A DNA stretch of 64,000 nt from the human T2T-CHM13v2.0 reference genome, Homo sapiens, in NCBI RefSeq assembly GCF_009914755.1, contig NC_060929.1; one strand, written 5' to 3'. The position numbers and the translations under genes were made by a program. Positions 27,930 through 41,236 of the stretch are shown piece after piece. Under the pieces are notes generated by a model. The model did no database searches. It worked only from the letters and a program-made list of their open reading frames with translations, and was not told the DNA's origin. Each line of letters starts with the position of its first letter. Within the stretch, counting starts at the first letter, position 1.

Positions 27930-28289
27930 TGATATGGCTTGGCTGTTTCCCCACCCAAATCTCATCTTGAATTGTAGCACCCATAATCCCCATGTGTCAT
28001 GGGAGGAAGCTGGTGGGAGATAATTGAATCATGGGGGCAGGTTTTTTCCATGCTGTTCTCATGATAGTGAATAAGTCTCACAAGATCTGACGGTTTTATA
28101 AAGGGCAGTTCCCCTGCACACACTCACTTGCCTGCCCCCATGTAAGACATGCCTTTGCTACTCCTTTGCTTTCTGCCCTGTGAGGTCTCCCCAGCCATGT
28201 GAAACTGTGAGTCCATTAAACCTCTTTTTCTTTATAAATTACCTAGTCTCAGGTATATCCTTATAGCAGCGTGAGAACAGACTAATACA
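27930..28289 (+). mobile_element. THE1C-type MaLR solo LTR in the L1 inter-ORF region
   Basis: TGATATGGCTTGGCTG...CCCACCCAAATCTCATCTTG...GAACAGACTAATACA. Confidence 0.93.
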
Positions 28290-31200
28290 TATTTATATAC
28301 TAAAAATAAAAAGCAACAAATTAAAAGATACCACCAGAAAAAAACAATTATCCTCAAAGGAAGACAGTGAAAAAAGAAGACAGGAAGTGAGGAGTTACAA
28401 AATAACCAGAAAAGAACCAACAACAAAAAGGCGATAAGTCCTTACTTATCAATAACATCTCAATGTAAATGAACTGGATTCTCTAATTAAAATGCATAGG
28501 GTGGCTGAATAGGTAAAGAAAGAAGACTCAGCTATATACTGCCTCCAAGAAACACACATCACATATGAAGACACACATAGATTAAAAGGGAAGGTATGGA
28601 AGAAGATATTCCATGGAAATAGAAACTAAAAAAGAGCAGTAGTAGCTAATCTTATATTAAATGAAATAGATTACAAGTCAAAGACTGTAAAAGAGACAAA
28701 AAAGGTCATTATGTAATCATGAAGGATATTACAAGTAAGAGAATATAACAATTATAAATACTTATGTTCCCAAGAAGGGAACACCCAAGTATATAAAGCA
28801 AACATTAATAGATCTAAAGGGAGAGATAGACTGCAATGCAATAATAGTAGGGGCATTTAACACCACATTCTCAGTAATGAAGAGCTCATTCGGAGAGAAA
28901 ATCCACAAAGAAACATCAGATTTAAACTACGTACTTGACCAAATGGACCTGATACACATTTGCAAAATACTTCACTCAACTGCTACAGAATACAAATACT
29001 TTTCATCAGCTCATAAAACATTCTCCAGGATAGACCATATCTTGGACTACAAAACAAGTTGTGACAAATTTTTAAAAGTAGAAATTCTATCAAGTATCTT
29101 TTTAAATTTTTAACTTTTGTGGGTACAGAGTGGCTGTGTTTGTTTATGGGTTACATGAAATATTTTGATACAGGTATGCAATGCATAATAATCACTTCAG
29201 GGCAAATGGGGTATCCATCACCCAATTTATCCTTTATATTACAAACAATCCAATTTTACTCTTTCAGTTATTTTTTAATGTACAGTTACATTACTTTTTA
29301 CTATAGTCACCCTGTTGTGCTGGCAAATGCTAGGTCTTATTCATTATTTCTAAAATTTTTTAGTACACATTAACCATCTCCACATCTCCCCCAGCCACTC
29401 ACTTCCCTTCCTATCCTTTCATAACCATCCTTCTACTTTCTGTCTTTATGAGTGCAACTGTTTTCATTTTTGGCTTCCACAAAATCACAAAGTAAGTAAG
29501 ACCATGAAACATTTGTCTTTCTGTACTTGGCTTGTTTCACTTAATGTAATGACCTCCAGTTCTATCTATGTTGTTGCAAATGACAGGACCTCATTCTTTT
29601 TATGGCTGAACAGTACTGGATTGTCTATATGTACCATGTTTCTCTTCCACTCATCTGTTAGTGGACACTTAGGTTGCTCCCAAATATTGGCCATTGTGAA
29701 TAGTGCTTCAATAAACATGGCAGTGCAGATGTCTCTTCGATATAGTGATTTTCCATCCTTTGGGTATATACCTAGCAGTGGGATTGCAGGATCATATGGT
29801 AGCTCTATTTTTAGTATTTTGAGAAACTTCCAAACTGTTCTCCATAGTGGTTGTACTAATTTACATCTCTGCCAACAGTGTACCAGGGTTCTCTTTCCCC
29901 ACATCCTCACCAACATTTGTTATTGCCTGTCTTTTGAATGAAATTTATTTTAATAGGGGTGAGATGATATTCATTATAGTTTTGATTTGCATTTCTCTGA
30001 TGATCAATGATGTTGAGCATCTTTTCATATACCTGTTTGGCGTTTGTATGTCTTCTTTCCTGAAATGTCTTTTTTCCATTTTTTGATTGGATTATTAGAT
30101 TTTTTCCCATAGAGTTGTTTCAGCTCTTTATATATTCTGGTTATTAATCCCTTGTCAGATGGGTAATTTGCAAATATTTTCTCCTTCTATGGGTTGCCTC
30201 TTCATTTTGTTGATTGTTTCTTTTGCTGTGCAAAGCTTTTTAACTTGACATGATCCCACTTGTCCATTTTTGCCTTGGTTACCTGTGCTTGTGAGGTATT
30301 ACTCAAAAAATCTTTGCCCAGTCCAATGTCCTGGAGAGTTTTCCCAAAGGTTTCTCATAATAGTTTCATAGTTTCATAGTTTGAGGTATTAGATTTAAGT
30401 CTGTGTTCCATTTTGATTTGATTTTTGTACATGGTGAGAGATAGGGGTATAATTTCATTCTTCTGCACCACTATAGATGTATGAATTTATTTCTGAATTT
30501 TCTATTCTGTTCCACTAGTCTATGTGTCTGTTTTTATGCCAGTACAATGCCATTTTGGTTACTATAACTCTGTAGTATAAATTGAAGTCAGGTAATGTTA
30601 TTCCTCCAGTATTTTCTTTTCTTTTTGCTTAGGATAGCTTTGGCTATTCAGTCTCTTTTGTGGTTCCATATAAATTTTAGGATAGTTTTTTTCTATTTCT
30701 GTGAAGAATATAATTGGTATTTTGATAAGAATTGCATTGCATCTGTAGATTGCTTTGGACATTTTAAACAATATTGATTCTTCCAAGTCATGAACATGGA
30801 ATGTCATTCTTTCTTTTTCTTTTTTTGCATCCTCTTCAGTTTCTTTTATCAATGTTTTAGAGTTTTCATTGTAGAGATTTTTCATTTGTTTGGTTAAGTT
30901 AATTTCCAGGTATTTTATTTTATTTTATTTGTGGCTATTGTAAATGAAATTACTTTCTTGATTTCTTTTTCAGATTGTTTGCTGTTGGCATGTAGAAATG
31001 CTACTGATTTTTATGTTGATTTTGTGTCATGTAACTCTACTGAATTTGTTGATCTATTCTAATCATTTGTTGGTGAAGTCTTTAGCTTTTCCCAACATAA
31101 GATTATATTATCTGCAAAAAAGCATAATTTGACTTTTTCCTTTCCAATTTGTATGCCCTTTATTTCTTTCTCTTGTCTGATTGTTCTAGCTAGGACTTCC

Positions 31201-32199
31201 ACTACTATGTTGAATAATCTTGGTGAAAGCGGAATCCTTGTCATATTCCAGATTGTAGAGGAAATGCTTTCAGTTTTTCTCAATTCAGTATGATACTAGC
31301 TGTGGGACTGTTATATATGGCTTTTATGATGTTGAGGTATATTCATTCTATACCTACCTTTTTTTACGGTTTTTATCTTGAAGGGATGTTAAATTTTATC
31401 AAATGTTTTTTTCAGAATCAATTGAAATAATTATATGGTTTTTGTCCTTCATTTTGTCGATATAATGTATCACATTGATTAATTTGCATATGTTGGACTA
31501 TCCTTGCATCCCTGGGCTAAATCCCATTGGGTCATAATAAATAATCTTTTTAATGTGCTGTTGAATTCTCTTTGCTAGTATTTTGTTGAGGATTTTTGCA
31601 CCAATATTCATCAGGGATATCGGCCTGTAGTTTGTTTTTTTTTTTTAATGACTCTGATTTAGGGTAATACTAACCTTGTAGAATGAGTTTAGAAGTGCTG
31701 CCTCCTGCTCTACTTTTTAAAAATAACTTGAGTAAGATTGTTATTAGTTCTTTAAATGTTCGGTAGAATTAGGCAGTTAAGCCATTGGGTCCCAAGATTT
31801 TCTTTGCTGGAACACTTTATTATGGCTTTGATATCATTGCTTGTTGTTGGTCTGCTCAGGTTTTGAATTTCTCCATGGTTCAATCTTGGTAGGTTATATG
31901 TGTTATGTGTCTAGGAGTTTATCCATTTCTTCTAGATTTTCCAATTTACTGAAATATAGTTGTTCATAGTAGCCACTAATGATCCTTTGAATTTCTATCA
32001 TACCAATTGTAAAGTCTCTTTTTATCTTGAGTCTATTTATTTGGGTATTCACTCTTTTTTTTTTTTTTAAGTCTGGCTACAGATTTGTCAATTTTGTTGA
32101 TCTGTTCAAAAAATCTATGACCTGTGTCATTGATTTTTTTATTTTTTCATTTCAAACTCATTTATTTATGTTCTGATCCTTATTTCTTTTCTTCCCTTT

Positions 32200-32243
32200 C
32201 ATTACCTTTAATGGCAAAAACAATTACTTTTGCACCAACCTAA
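32200..32243. mobile_element. MADE1 (Hsmar1 MITE) right half
   Basis: CATTACCTTTAATGGCAAAAACAATTACTTTTGCACCAACCTAA. Confidence 0.9.
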
Positions 32244-33340
32244 CATTTATTTAAAGCTTTTCTTCTTTTTATATGCAGGTGCTTATTGCTGTAAATTTCT
32301 CTCTTAGTACTACTTTTGCTGTATCCCATAGGTTTTGAAATGTAGTATTTCCATTATCATTTTTTTCAAAAAAATTTTTCATTTTTTAAAATTTCTCCAT
32401 TATCCCACTGGTCATTCGGGAGCATATTTTTTAATTTCCATGTTTTTGTATAGCTACCAAAATTACTCTTGTTATTGATTTCTGGTTTTATTCCATTGTG
32501 GTTAGAGAAGATGCTTGCTATAATTTCAATTGTTTAAAATGTTTTAAGACTTTTTCGTGACCTAAAATATGGTCTATCCTTTAGAATAATCCATGTGCTG
32601 AGAAAAAAATGTGTATTCTGCAGCCTTTGGATGAAATGTTCTGTAAATATATGTTAGGTCCACTTGGTCTATACTGCAGATTAAGACCAATATTTCTTTG
32701 TTGATTTCTTGTCTGAAATATCTGTTCAGTGCTGAAGGTGGGGTGTTGAAGTCTCCAGCTATTATTGTATTGAGGTCTATCTCTCTCTTTAGCCCTAATA
32801 ATATTTGCTTTATATATCTGAGTACTCCAGTGTTGGATGCATATACGTTTACAATTGTTATATCCTCTTGCTGAATTGACCCCACTATCATTATGTAATG
32901 ACCTTCTTTGTCTCTTCTTACAGTTTTTGTCTTGAAATCTATTTTGTCTTATAAAAGTATAGCTACTTCTGCTCTCTTCTGTGGTTTCCATTGGCGTGGA
33001 ATACCCTTTTGCATCCCTTCATTTTCAGTCTATGTGTGTCTTTACAAGTGAAATGTGTTTCCTAAGGCAATAAATCATTAGGTCTTGTTTTTTGTTGTTG
33101 TTGTTTTTTGTTTTGTTTTGTTTTTTTAATCCATTCAGTCACTCTATGTCTCTTTATTATAGAGTTCAGTTCATTTATGTGTTATTGATAAGTAAGGACT
33201 TATTCCTGCCATTTTATTATTTGTTTTCTGGTTGTTTTGTGATTTTCTTTTTTTTCTTTCTTTCCTTTCTGTCTTCCTTTTAATGAAGATTTTCTCTGGT
33301 TGTATGATTTAATTTCTTCCTTTTCATTTTTTTGTGTATC

Positions 33341-33431
33341 TGTATTAGGGTTCTCTAGAGGGACAGAACTAATAGGATATATATATGTATGTATGTGTAT
33401 ATATAGATGTATGTATATGTATATCTATCCA

Positions 33432-33491
<60 letters not shown>

Positions 33492-33944
33492 TTTATTACA
33501 GAATATTGACTCACACAATCACAGGTTGTGTAAGTCCCATAATAGGCTGTCTGCAAGCTGAGAAGCAAGGAAGCCAGGCCAAGTCCCAAAACCTCAAAAG
33601 TAGGTAAGCTGATAGTGCAGCCTTCGCTCTGTGGTTGAAGTTCCAAGAGTACCAAAGCTGATAAACTTGGAGTTTGATGTTCAAGGCCAGGAAGCATCCA
33701 GCATGGGAGAAAGATGGAAGCCAGGAGACAGCCAGTATAGTCTTTCCGTGTTCTTCTGACTGCTTTTTATTCTGGCCACACTGGCAGCTGATTAAATTGC
33801 ACCCGCCCAGATTGAGGGTGAGTCTGCCTTTCCCAGTCCACTGACTCAAATGTTAATCTCCTTTGGCAACATTCTCACAGACACACCCAGGAATGATACT
33901 TTGTATCTTTCAATCCGATTAAGTTGACAATATTAACCAATGCA
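33341..33944 (-). mobile_element. MLT2A (HERV-L) LTR
   Basis: TGTATTAGGGTTCTCTAGAGGGACAGAACTAATAGG, (TA)n tract, ...AAGTTGACAATATTAACC. Confidence 0.93.
33444..33488. repeat. (TA)n microsatellite inside MLT2A
   Basis: About 22 TA units read directly. Confidence 0.95.
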
Positions 33945-34214
33945 AGTCCACCCTTTGTCCACTTGAACCCATACACACCTTCTGAAATCATACATAATCT
34001 TCAAATAAAGACAGTAATAAGGTCATAATTATGCCTAACATATAAACAGCTATCCTTTGTACAACCGGAAATGCACCAATCTCCAACCCAAATGCTATTA
34101 TGCAAAGTTAACAACACTTAAAAGCTGATTTGGAGTCAATAAATCTTATATCACATGATAAAGGAAAAAGAAAGGAAATAAAATGAAGATATTTTCTTAG
34201 TACAAGTGTATATG
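33945..34214 (-). mobile_element. HERV-L internal 3' fragment
   Basis: PPT-like AAAGGGTGGACT (minus) abutting the LTR, followed by HERVL-int 3' sequence; GTATC duplicated at 33336-33340 and 34215-34219. Confidence 0.85.
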
Positions 34215-35042
34215 GTATCCATTGTGTGTTTTTAAACTTGAGGTTACCATAGGATTCTCTCTCCATGCCACATGACCACTGCCAGTGGATGGGTGAGGGG
34301 TGGCATTGGCAATTCAAACTGTCTTTTCTATTCTTTTCAGTGCCTCTTCAGTGGTATTAAATTACAGCCAGGAACTATGAGGGTTCACCTGATTTTTGTT
34401 TCTTTTGAAGGTGATTTTCCTGAGTAGAGAGTTGTTTAATTTGGTGTTTTTACTGGGGAGGCAGTCAGTGGAGCCTTCTATTTTACTATACTGCTCCATT
34501 TTCTCTCAAGTATCTTTTTTGACCATAATGGACTGAAGTAGAAATCAATAAAAATATACAAACACATGAAGATTAAACATGCTCCCGAATGACCAATAAA
34601 TCCATAAAGAAGTTAAAAAGAAAAAACTTTCCTGAAACAAATAAAAATGTAAACACAACATACCAAAATCTATGGAACACAGCAAAAGCAGTACTAGGAA
34701 GAAAGTTTATAACAATAAACACCTACATCAGAAAAGCAGGAAGACTTCAAATAAAAAACCAATATTGCACCTCAGGTAGCTAGGAAAGGAACACCAACCA
34801 AACCAAAATTATTAGAAGTAAAGAAATAATAAACATCAGAGCAAAAGTAAATGAGATTGTGACTGCAAAACCAATACAGAACAATAAAAGAAAAGTTGAT
34901 TTTTGAAAATGTAAATGAAATAAACGGACCTTTATCTGAACTAACATAAAAAAGAGAGAGGAAGCCCAAATAGTAAAATGAAAAATTAAAAAGGAGACAT
35001 AACAGCTGAGACTACAGAAATACAATAATCATTACAGATTAT

Positions 35043-35072
35043 AAGGTTGGTGCAAAAGTAATTGCGGTTTTT
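35043..35072. mobile_element. MADE1 (Hsmar1 MITE) left half / solo TIR
   Basis: AGGTTGGTGCAAAAGTAATTGCGGTTTTT. Confidence 0.9.
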
Positions 35073-38066
35073 AATATCATGACTATCTATACCAAAAAAT
35101 TAGAAAACCTAGAAGAAATGCGTAAATACCTGGATACATTCAATCTATCAACATTGAACTACGAAAAAATAGAAAACCTCAATAAATTAATACTGTGTAA
35201 CAAGATCAAAGCCATAATAAAAAGTCTCCCATCAAAGAAAATCCCAGGATCTAATGGCTTCACTGCTGAAATCTACCAAACATTTAAAGAAGAACTAACA
35301 CAAATTCTACTCAAACTCTTCAAAAATATTGAAGAGGAGGGAATACTTCCAAACTCATTCTACAGGCCAGCAGTATGCTGACACCAAAACCAGGCAAAAA
35401 TACACACACACAAAAAGATAACTGCAGGCTAATAGCACTGATGAACATAGATGTGAAAATCCTCAACAAAATCCTAGAAAACTGAATTCAACATTACCTT
35501 AAAAAGATCATCCATCATGACCAAGTGGGATTTATCTTAGGGATGGGAAGGGTGGTTCAACATATGCAACTCAATAAATGTGATACATTACATTAATAGA
35601 ACCAAGAACAAAAACCATATAATTATTTCAATAGATGCTGAAAAGCATTCGATAAAATTCAACACCTCTTTGTGATAAAAAAAAAAACCACCCTCAACAA
35701 ACTGGGTATAGAGGGAGAAACCTCAAAATGATAAAATCCATATATGAAAAACCCACAGCCAACATCATACTAAACAGGTAAACACTGAAAGCCTTTCCTC
35801 TAAGATCTGAAACAATACAAGAATACCAATTTTTACCACTTTTACTTAACAGAATACTGAAATTCCTGGCCTGAACAATTAAGCAAAGAAAAGAAATAAA
35901 GGGCATCTAGGTTGGGAAAAAAAGAAGTCAAGTTAGCCTTATTTGCAGGTGATGTGATTTTATATTTAGAAAAACCAAAAGATACCACCAAAAAAATTGT
36001 TAGAACTGATTAACAAATATAATATAGTTGCAGGATACAAAATAAACATAAAACAATTAGTAGCATTTATATACACCAATGGTGAACAATCTGAAAAAGA
36101 AAGTAAGAAGAGAAACCCACTTATAATAGCTACAAAAAATATAAAATACAAAATATCTAGGAATCAATTTAATCAAAGAAGGGAAAGCCCTGTATAAGGA
36201 AAACTATAAAACTCTGAAAAAAGAAATTGAACAGAATACAAAAAAATAGAAAGGCATTCCATGCTCATAGATTAGAAGAATTAGTATTGCTAAAACGACA
36301 ATACCACCCAAAATAATTTACAGATTCAATGTAACCTCTATCAAAATACTATTTATATTCTTCCCAGAAATTGGAAAAATATTATAAAATTTATATGGCA
36401 CCACAAAAGACCCCAAGTAGCCAAAGCAGTCCTGAGCAAAAAGTACAAAGCTGGAAGCCATCCCTGACTTCAAAATTTATTACAAAGCTGTAGTAACCAA
36501 AAGAGCATGGTAATGGCATAAAAACAGACACATACACCAATGGAACAGAATTGAGAATGCAGATACAAATTCATATATTTAAAGCCAACTCATTTTTGAC
36601 AAAGGCACCAAGAACATAAAAATGGGGAAAGGACAGGCTTCAATAAATGGTGGTGGAAAAATGAAATAGCCATATGCAGAAGAATGAAACTAGGCTCCTA
36701 TCTCTCACCTTATTTAAAAATCAAATCAAAATGGACTAAAGACTTAAATCTAAGACTTGAAACCATGAACCGACTAGAATAAAACATTGGGATAATGCTC
36801 TAGGACCTTGGTCTGGGCAAAAATTTCTTGAGTTAAGACCTCAAAAGCATGGGCAACAAAAGCAAAGATAGACAAATGAGATTACATCAAGCTAAAAAGC
36901 TTCTGCACAGCAAAGGAAGCAATAAACGAAGTGAATAGACAACCCACATAATGAGAAAAAAAAATGCAAACAATCCATTTGACAAGGTACTACTACTAAC
37001 CAGAATATATGAGGAGCTCAACTCAATCGTGAAAACACAAGTAATCCAGTTTAAAATGAGCAAAAGTTCTGGATAGAAATTTCTCAGAAGAAGATTAACA
37101 ATGAGAAACAAATATACAAAAAAAGTGCTCAACATCACTAATCTTCAGAGAAATGTAAATCAAAACCACATTGAGATATCATCTCACCCCAACAAAAATG
37201 ACTTTTATCAAAAAATCTGGCAATAATGGATGCTAACAAGGATGAAGCAAAAGGAGAACCCTTATACACTGTTGGTGGGAACGTAGATTAGTACAGCCAC
37301 TATGGAGAACGATATGGAGGTTCCTCAAAAGACTAAAAATAGAACTATCATATATAACCCAGCAATTCCACTACAGGGTATATATCCAAAAGAAAGAAAA
37401 TTGGTATATTGAAGAGACATCTGCACTCCAATGTTTATTGCAGCACTATTCATATAGCCAAGATAGGGAATCAATCTAAGTGCCCATCAATGGATGAATG
37501 GATAAAGAAAATGTGATACATATATACAATGGAATATTATTTAGACATAAAAAGAATGAAATCCTGTCATTTGCAGCAACATGAATGGAACTGGAGGTTT
37601 TTACTTGAAATATGTTAATCACTGAAAGATAAATATCGTATGTTCTCACTCATATGTGAGAGATTAAAAAAAGCAGATCTTTTTTTAAGTTTGAGAGTAG
37701 ATTAATGGTTACCAGAGGCCAGAAGGGTAGAGGGGAGGTGGAGGATAAATAGAAGTTGATTAATGGGCACAAATATACAGCAAGTTAGAAAAAATAAAGC
37801 CTAGTGTTCAATAAATCAGAAGGGAGATACAGTTAACATCAATCGATTGTAAACTTCAAAATAGGCAGGAGAGAATAACTTAATTGTTTTTAGCATAAAG
37901 TAAAGATAAATAGTTTAGGTGATGGATATCATGATTACTTATGATATCCTAATTTTTACACATTATTTTACACATTACATGAATGTATCAAATTATTGCA
38001 TATGCCCCCAAAATATGTACATCTATTATGTATCAATAAAAATTATATTAAAAAATAGATTTATAT

Positions 38067-39164
38067 AATATGTAGCTCTTTGTGTCTGGTTTCTTTCACT
38101 TAACATAATGCTTTCAAGGTCCATCCATGTTGTAGCATGTATCAAAACTTCATTCTTTTTAAAGCTGACAATATTTCATCATATAGATATACATCATTTT
38201 GTTCATCCATTTGTCAGTTCATGGACTTTGAGCTGTTTCTACCTCTTAGCTATTATAAATACCGTTACTATGAACATTTGTGTACAAGTTTTTGTGTGAC
38301 CAAATTTTTTCATTTCTCTGGATACATGCTAGGAGTCTAATTGCTAGGTCATGCGGTAACTATGTTTAGGTTCTTTAGGAATGCAAAGCCATTTTTTAAA
38401 GTGCCTGCACTATTTTACATTTTCACTAGCAATGTATTTTATCCAGAAATGTATGAAGATTTCAATTTCTCCACATCCTCATCAACACTTGTTATTGCCC
38501 ATGGTTTTTATTCTAGCCATTCTAGTGGGTATAAAGTGGTATCTCATTGTGTTTTCAAATTGCATTAACCTAGTGACTAATGGTGTCATCTCTGAGTATC
38601 TTCTCATTTGTTTGTTGGCCATTTGTATATTTTCTCTACAGAAATTACTTTTCAAATATCTTGTGCATTTTAAATTTCTATTTTTTTGTTAATATTATTT
38701 TTAATTGACAAATCTTAATTGTATACATTTATGGAGTATGATTTGATATTTTGACATATGTATATAGTGTGGAATGGCTAGATCAAGTTAATCAATATAT
38801 CCATCACTTCACTTACTTACCATTTTCTGTGATGAGACACTTGAAATTTACTAGGCTATTTTGAAGTATAGGATACATTATTATTAACTAGAGTCATCCT
38901 GCTGTGCAATAGATCTAAAAAGCTTTTTTCCTCCTGTCTAACCGAAACTTTATATCCTTTGACCAGTATCTCCCCATTTCCCCCACCCCCAACCCTCCAG
39001 TAACCACCATTCTATTCTCTGCTTTTATAAGTTCAGATTTCTTAGATTCCACTTATAAGTGAGATCATACAGTATTTGTCTTTCTATGCCTGGCCTGTGT
39101 CACTTACCATAATGTCCTCCAGGTTCATCCATGTTGTCACAAGTGACAGGCTGCTGAATTGTAT

Positions 39165-39200
<36 letters not shown>

Positions 39201-39955
39201 CATTTTCTTTTCATTCATCTGTTAATGGAAACAGGTGTTAATTTCATATCTCAGCTATTGTTAATAATAGTTCAATGAACATGGGTATGCAGATATCTCT
39301 TCAACATATTGATTTCAATTTCTCCGGATCTTTACCTAGAAATGAAAGTGCCAGATCATATTGCCAATTTTTTTTAAACATTGGGTTATTTGACTTTTTA
39401 TTATCGTGTTGTAATTGTTCTTTATATATTATAGATACAAGGCCCTATTTTAATATATGATTTTTAAATATTTTCTCCTAGTTTGTGGGTTGTATTCACT
39501 TTCTTGACAGTATACACTGAATCACAAAAGTTTTCAATTTTGTTGAGTCCCAGTTCTTCTGTTTTTATTTGGGTTACTTGTGCTTTGGTTTCATAGCAAT
39601 AAACCATTGCTTTACCCAAGATCACAGAGGATTATATGCATGTTTTCTTTTAAGAGTTTTATCTTTTTGGGTCTTACAGTTAGGTTTTTTATCACTTTTG
39701 AGTTTTTTTGTATTGTATTAGACCAAATTCATTTTTTCCACATGGATATCCAGTTGTCGCAGCAGTACTTGAGGACTCTTCTTTTCCCATTGAATTGTCT
39801 TGGCACCCTTGTGGAAAACCAATTGACTACAGATGTACAATTTTACTTTGGAACTCTCGATTCTATTCCATTGATCTATATGGCTATTCTCATGACAGTA
39901 GCTTACTGTCTTGATTACTGTATAGCTGTATAGAAAGATTTTGAAATCAGAAAGT
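38067..39955 (-). mobile_element. L1MB-type (continuation of 25575-25830)
   Basis: AATATGTAGCTCTTTGTGTCTGGTTTCTTTCACTTAACATAATG continues the interrupted 3' UTR into antisense ORF2. Confidence 0.85.
38690..39360 (-). mobile_element. L1MA7-9-like 3' fragment nested in the L1MB
   Basis: TTTTAATTGACAAAT...ATATATCCATCAC...GTGAGATCATACAGTATTTG; contains (TG)n at about 39168-39199. Confidence 0.8.
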
Positions 39956-40129
39956 ATATGTTGTTAATATATTAATTAATAATAACATATAAATATATAT
40001 TTAGTGTGTTTAAATTCATTGGTGTACCTTTTTTGACCAGTGGAAATGTATTCTGATGATCTCTTTCATCCTTTAGACATGATCAGATTAGTCATATATT
40101 ATTCTTTCTTTGTAATGTAGGAGTTGCTA

Positions 40130-40620
40130 AGCTAAACTTGTACATTTTTTTAACCAGACCTGTAATCTGTTGTTTCTCCAGGTGTTCTGTTTCTTTTTGG
40201 TGGAAAATTGTATTTAGAGTCCACAGTCTGGACACCTGCAACATTTACTGGTACTAGGCTGATCATTGTTTGTACAACTTTCAATACACAAAACTAGAAA
40301 TTTTTTTTAGTAAAAATATGTCTCAGTGGATCATACAGATGCTTTGGACCCTATTAACCATAAATCTCTGTCATGCCAAAAATCTCAATTCTCAAAGCAA
40401 AAATTATTTATTTGCTTTGTTCAACACTACACTCTCCATAATCTCAGGATAACTATAACAACATTGTAAACATTGGAAGAGTTTCTGGTTTCAGCATCTC
40501 CTTTAACGATGTATAGTAAGATCACTCTGTCACAGCTATGTGAAACAGTTCCTACTTATGTGGTTATGCCACCAACTTGATAAAAATTTAGGTTCACTTG
40601 TTTTATCCATTTTTTAATTA
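40130..40620 (-). mobile_element. L1MC-type 3' fragment
   Basis: CCAGACCTGTAATC...TTTCTCCAGG...GTATTTAGAGTCCACAGTCTGG resembles L1MC4/5 antisense. Confidence 0.55.
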
Positions 40621-40952
40621 ACTGTTTTATAATTACATAAAATATATATTTCCTTTAGAGAAATGACTCCAAGTCTATAAAACAGAGTACAGCCTAAGAA
40701 TTTCACCTTCTACCCAATCCTCTCCACCTGCTATCTTCACCCATATTATTTTTTTGTAATTTTATGGTTTATCCTTCCATTGTTTTATTTTATCATAAGC
40801 AAACATGTTTAGGCATATGAGCATTAACATATTATGCACATTTCTATTCACTTTGCTTCCTTCATTTATATGCACTCTGAAGATAATTTTGTAAGTCCGT
40901 TTATATTTATTGATATGATCATTATTTTATCCTCACTTTTGTCATGTTGTTT

Positions 40953-41236
40953 GTTTGTTTGTTTGACACAGGGTCTTTCTCTGTCACTCAAGCTGGAGTG
41001 CAGTGGCACGAACATGGCTCATGGAAGCCTCTACTTCCTAGGCTCAAGAGATCCTCCTGCTTCAGCCTCCTGTGTTGTTGAGACCACAGGTATCTGCTAC
41101 CACAACAGCTATTTTTTTTTTGTAGAGACAGGGGCTCTCTATGTTTCCCAGGCTTTGAACTTGTGGATTCAAGCAGTTCTACCACCTCAGCCTCCCAAAG
41201 TGCTGGAATTAGAGATGTGAGCCACCATGCCTGGCC
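40953..41236 (-). mobile_element. AluJ
   Basis: Antisense Alu with a (TTTG)n tail; TSD TGTCATGTTGTTT (40940-40952) / TGTCATATTGTTT (41237-41249). Confidence 0.93.

Larger units (their letters stand above)
29100..34500 (-). mobile_element. L1MA2/3-like element inserted antisense into the outer L1 EN domain, lacking ORF1
   Basis: 3' UTR at 29100, ORF2 remnants (IIAGDFNTP; LLHCW-like TLVHCW), 5' tip near 34500; TSD TTCT(A/C)TCAAGTATCTTTTT (29085-29103 / 34501-34519). Confidence 0.92.
25831..38052 (+). mobile_element. Near full-length L1MA (L1MA5-like) carrying nested insertions
   Basis: 5' UTR, ORF1 remnant (KRPNVGIIGIQEE...IQVQEGQRTPNRF), EN (SSAHKTFSRIDHIL), RT, 3' UTR; TSD AAATAGATTCATAT (25817-25830) / AAATAGATTTATAT (38053-38066); many stops. 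Confidence 0.93.

Noticed and set aside
26967-36197. ORF1/EN/RT-like ORFs on both strands
   Set aside because: Remnants of the nested L1MA elements; the catalytic motifs are degenerate (FAGD, FADN).
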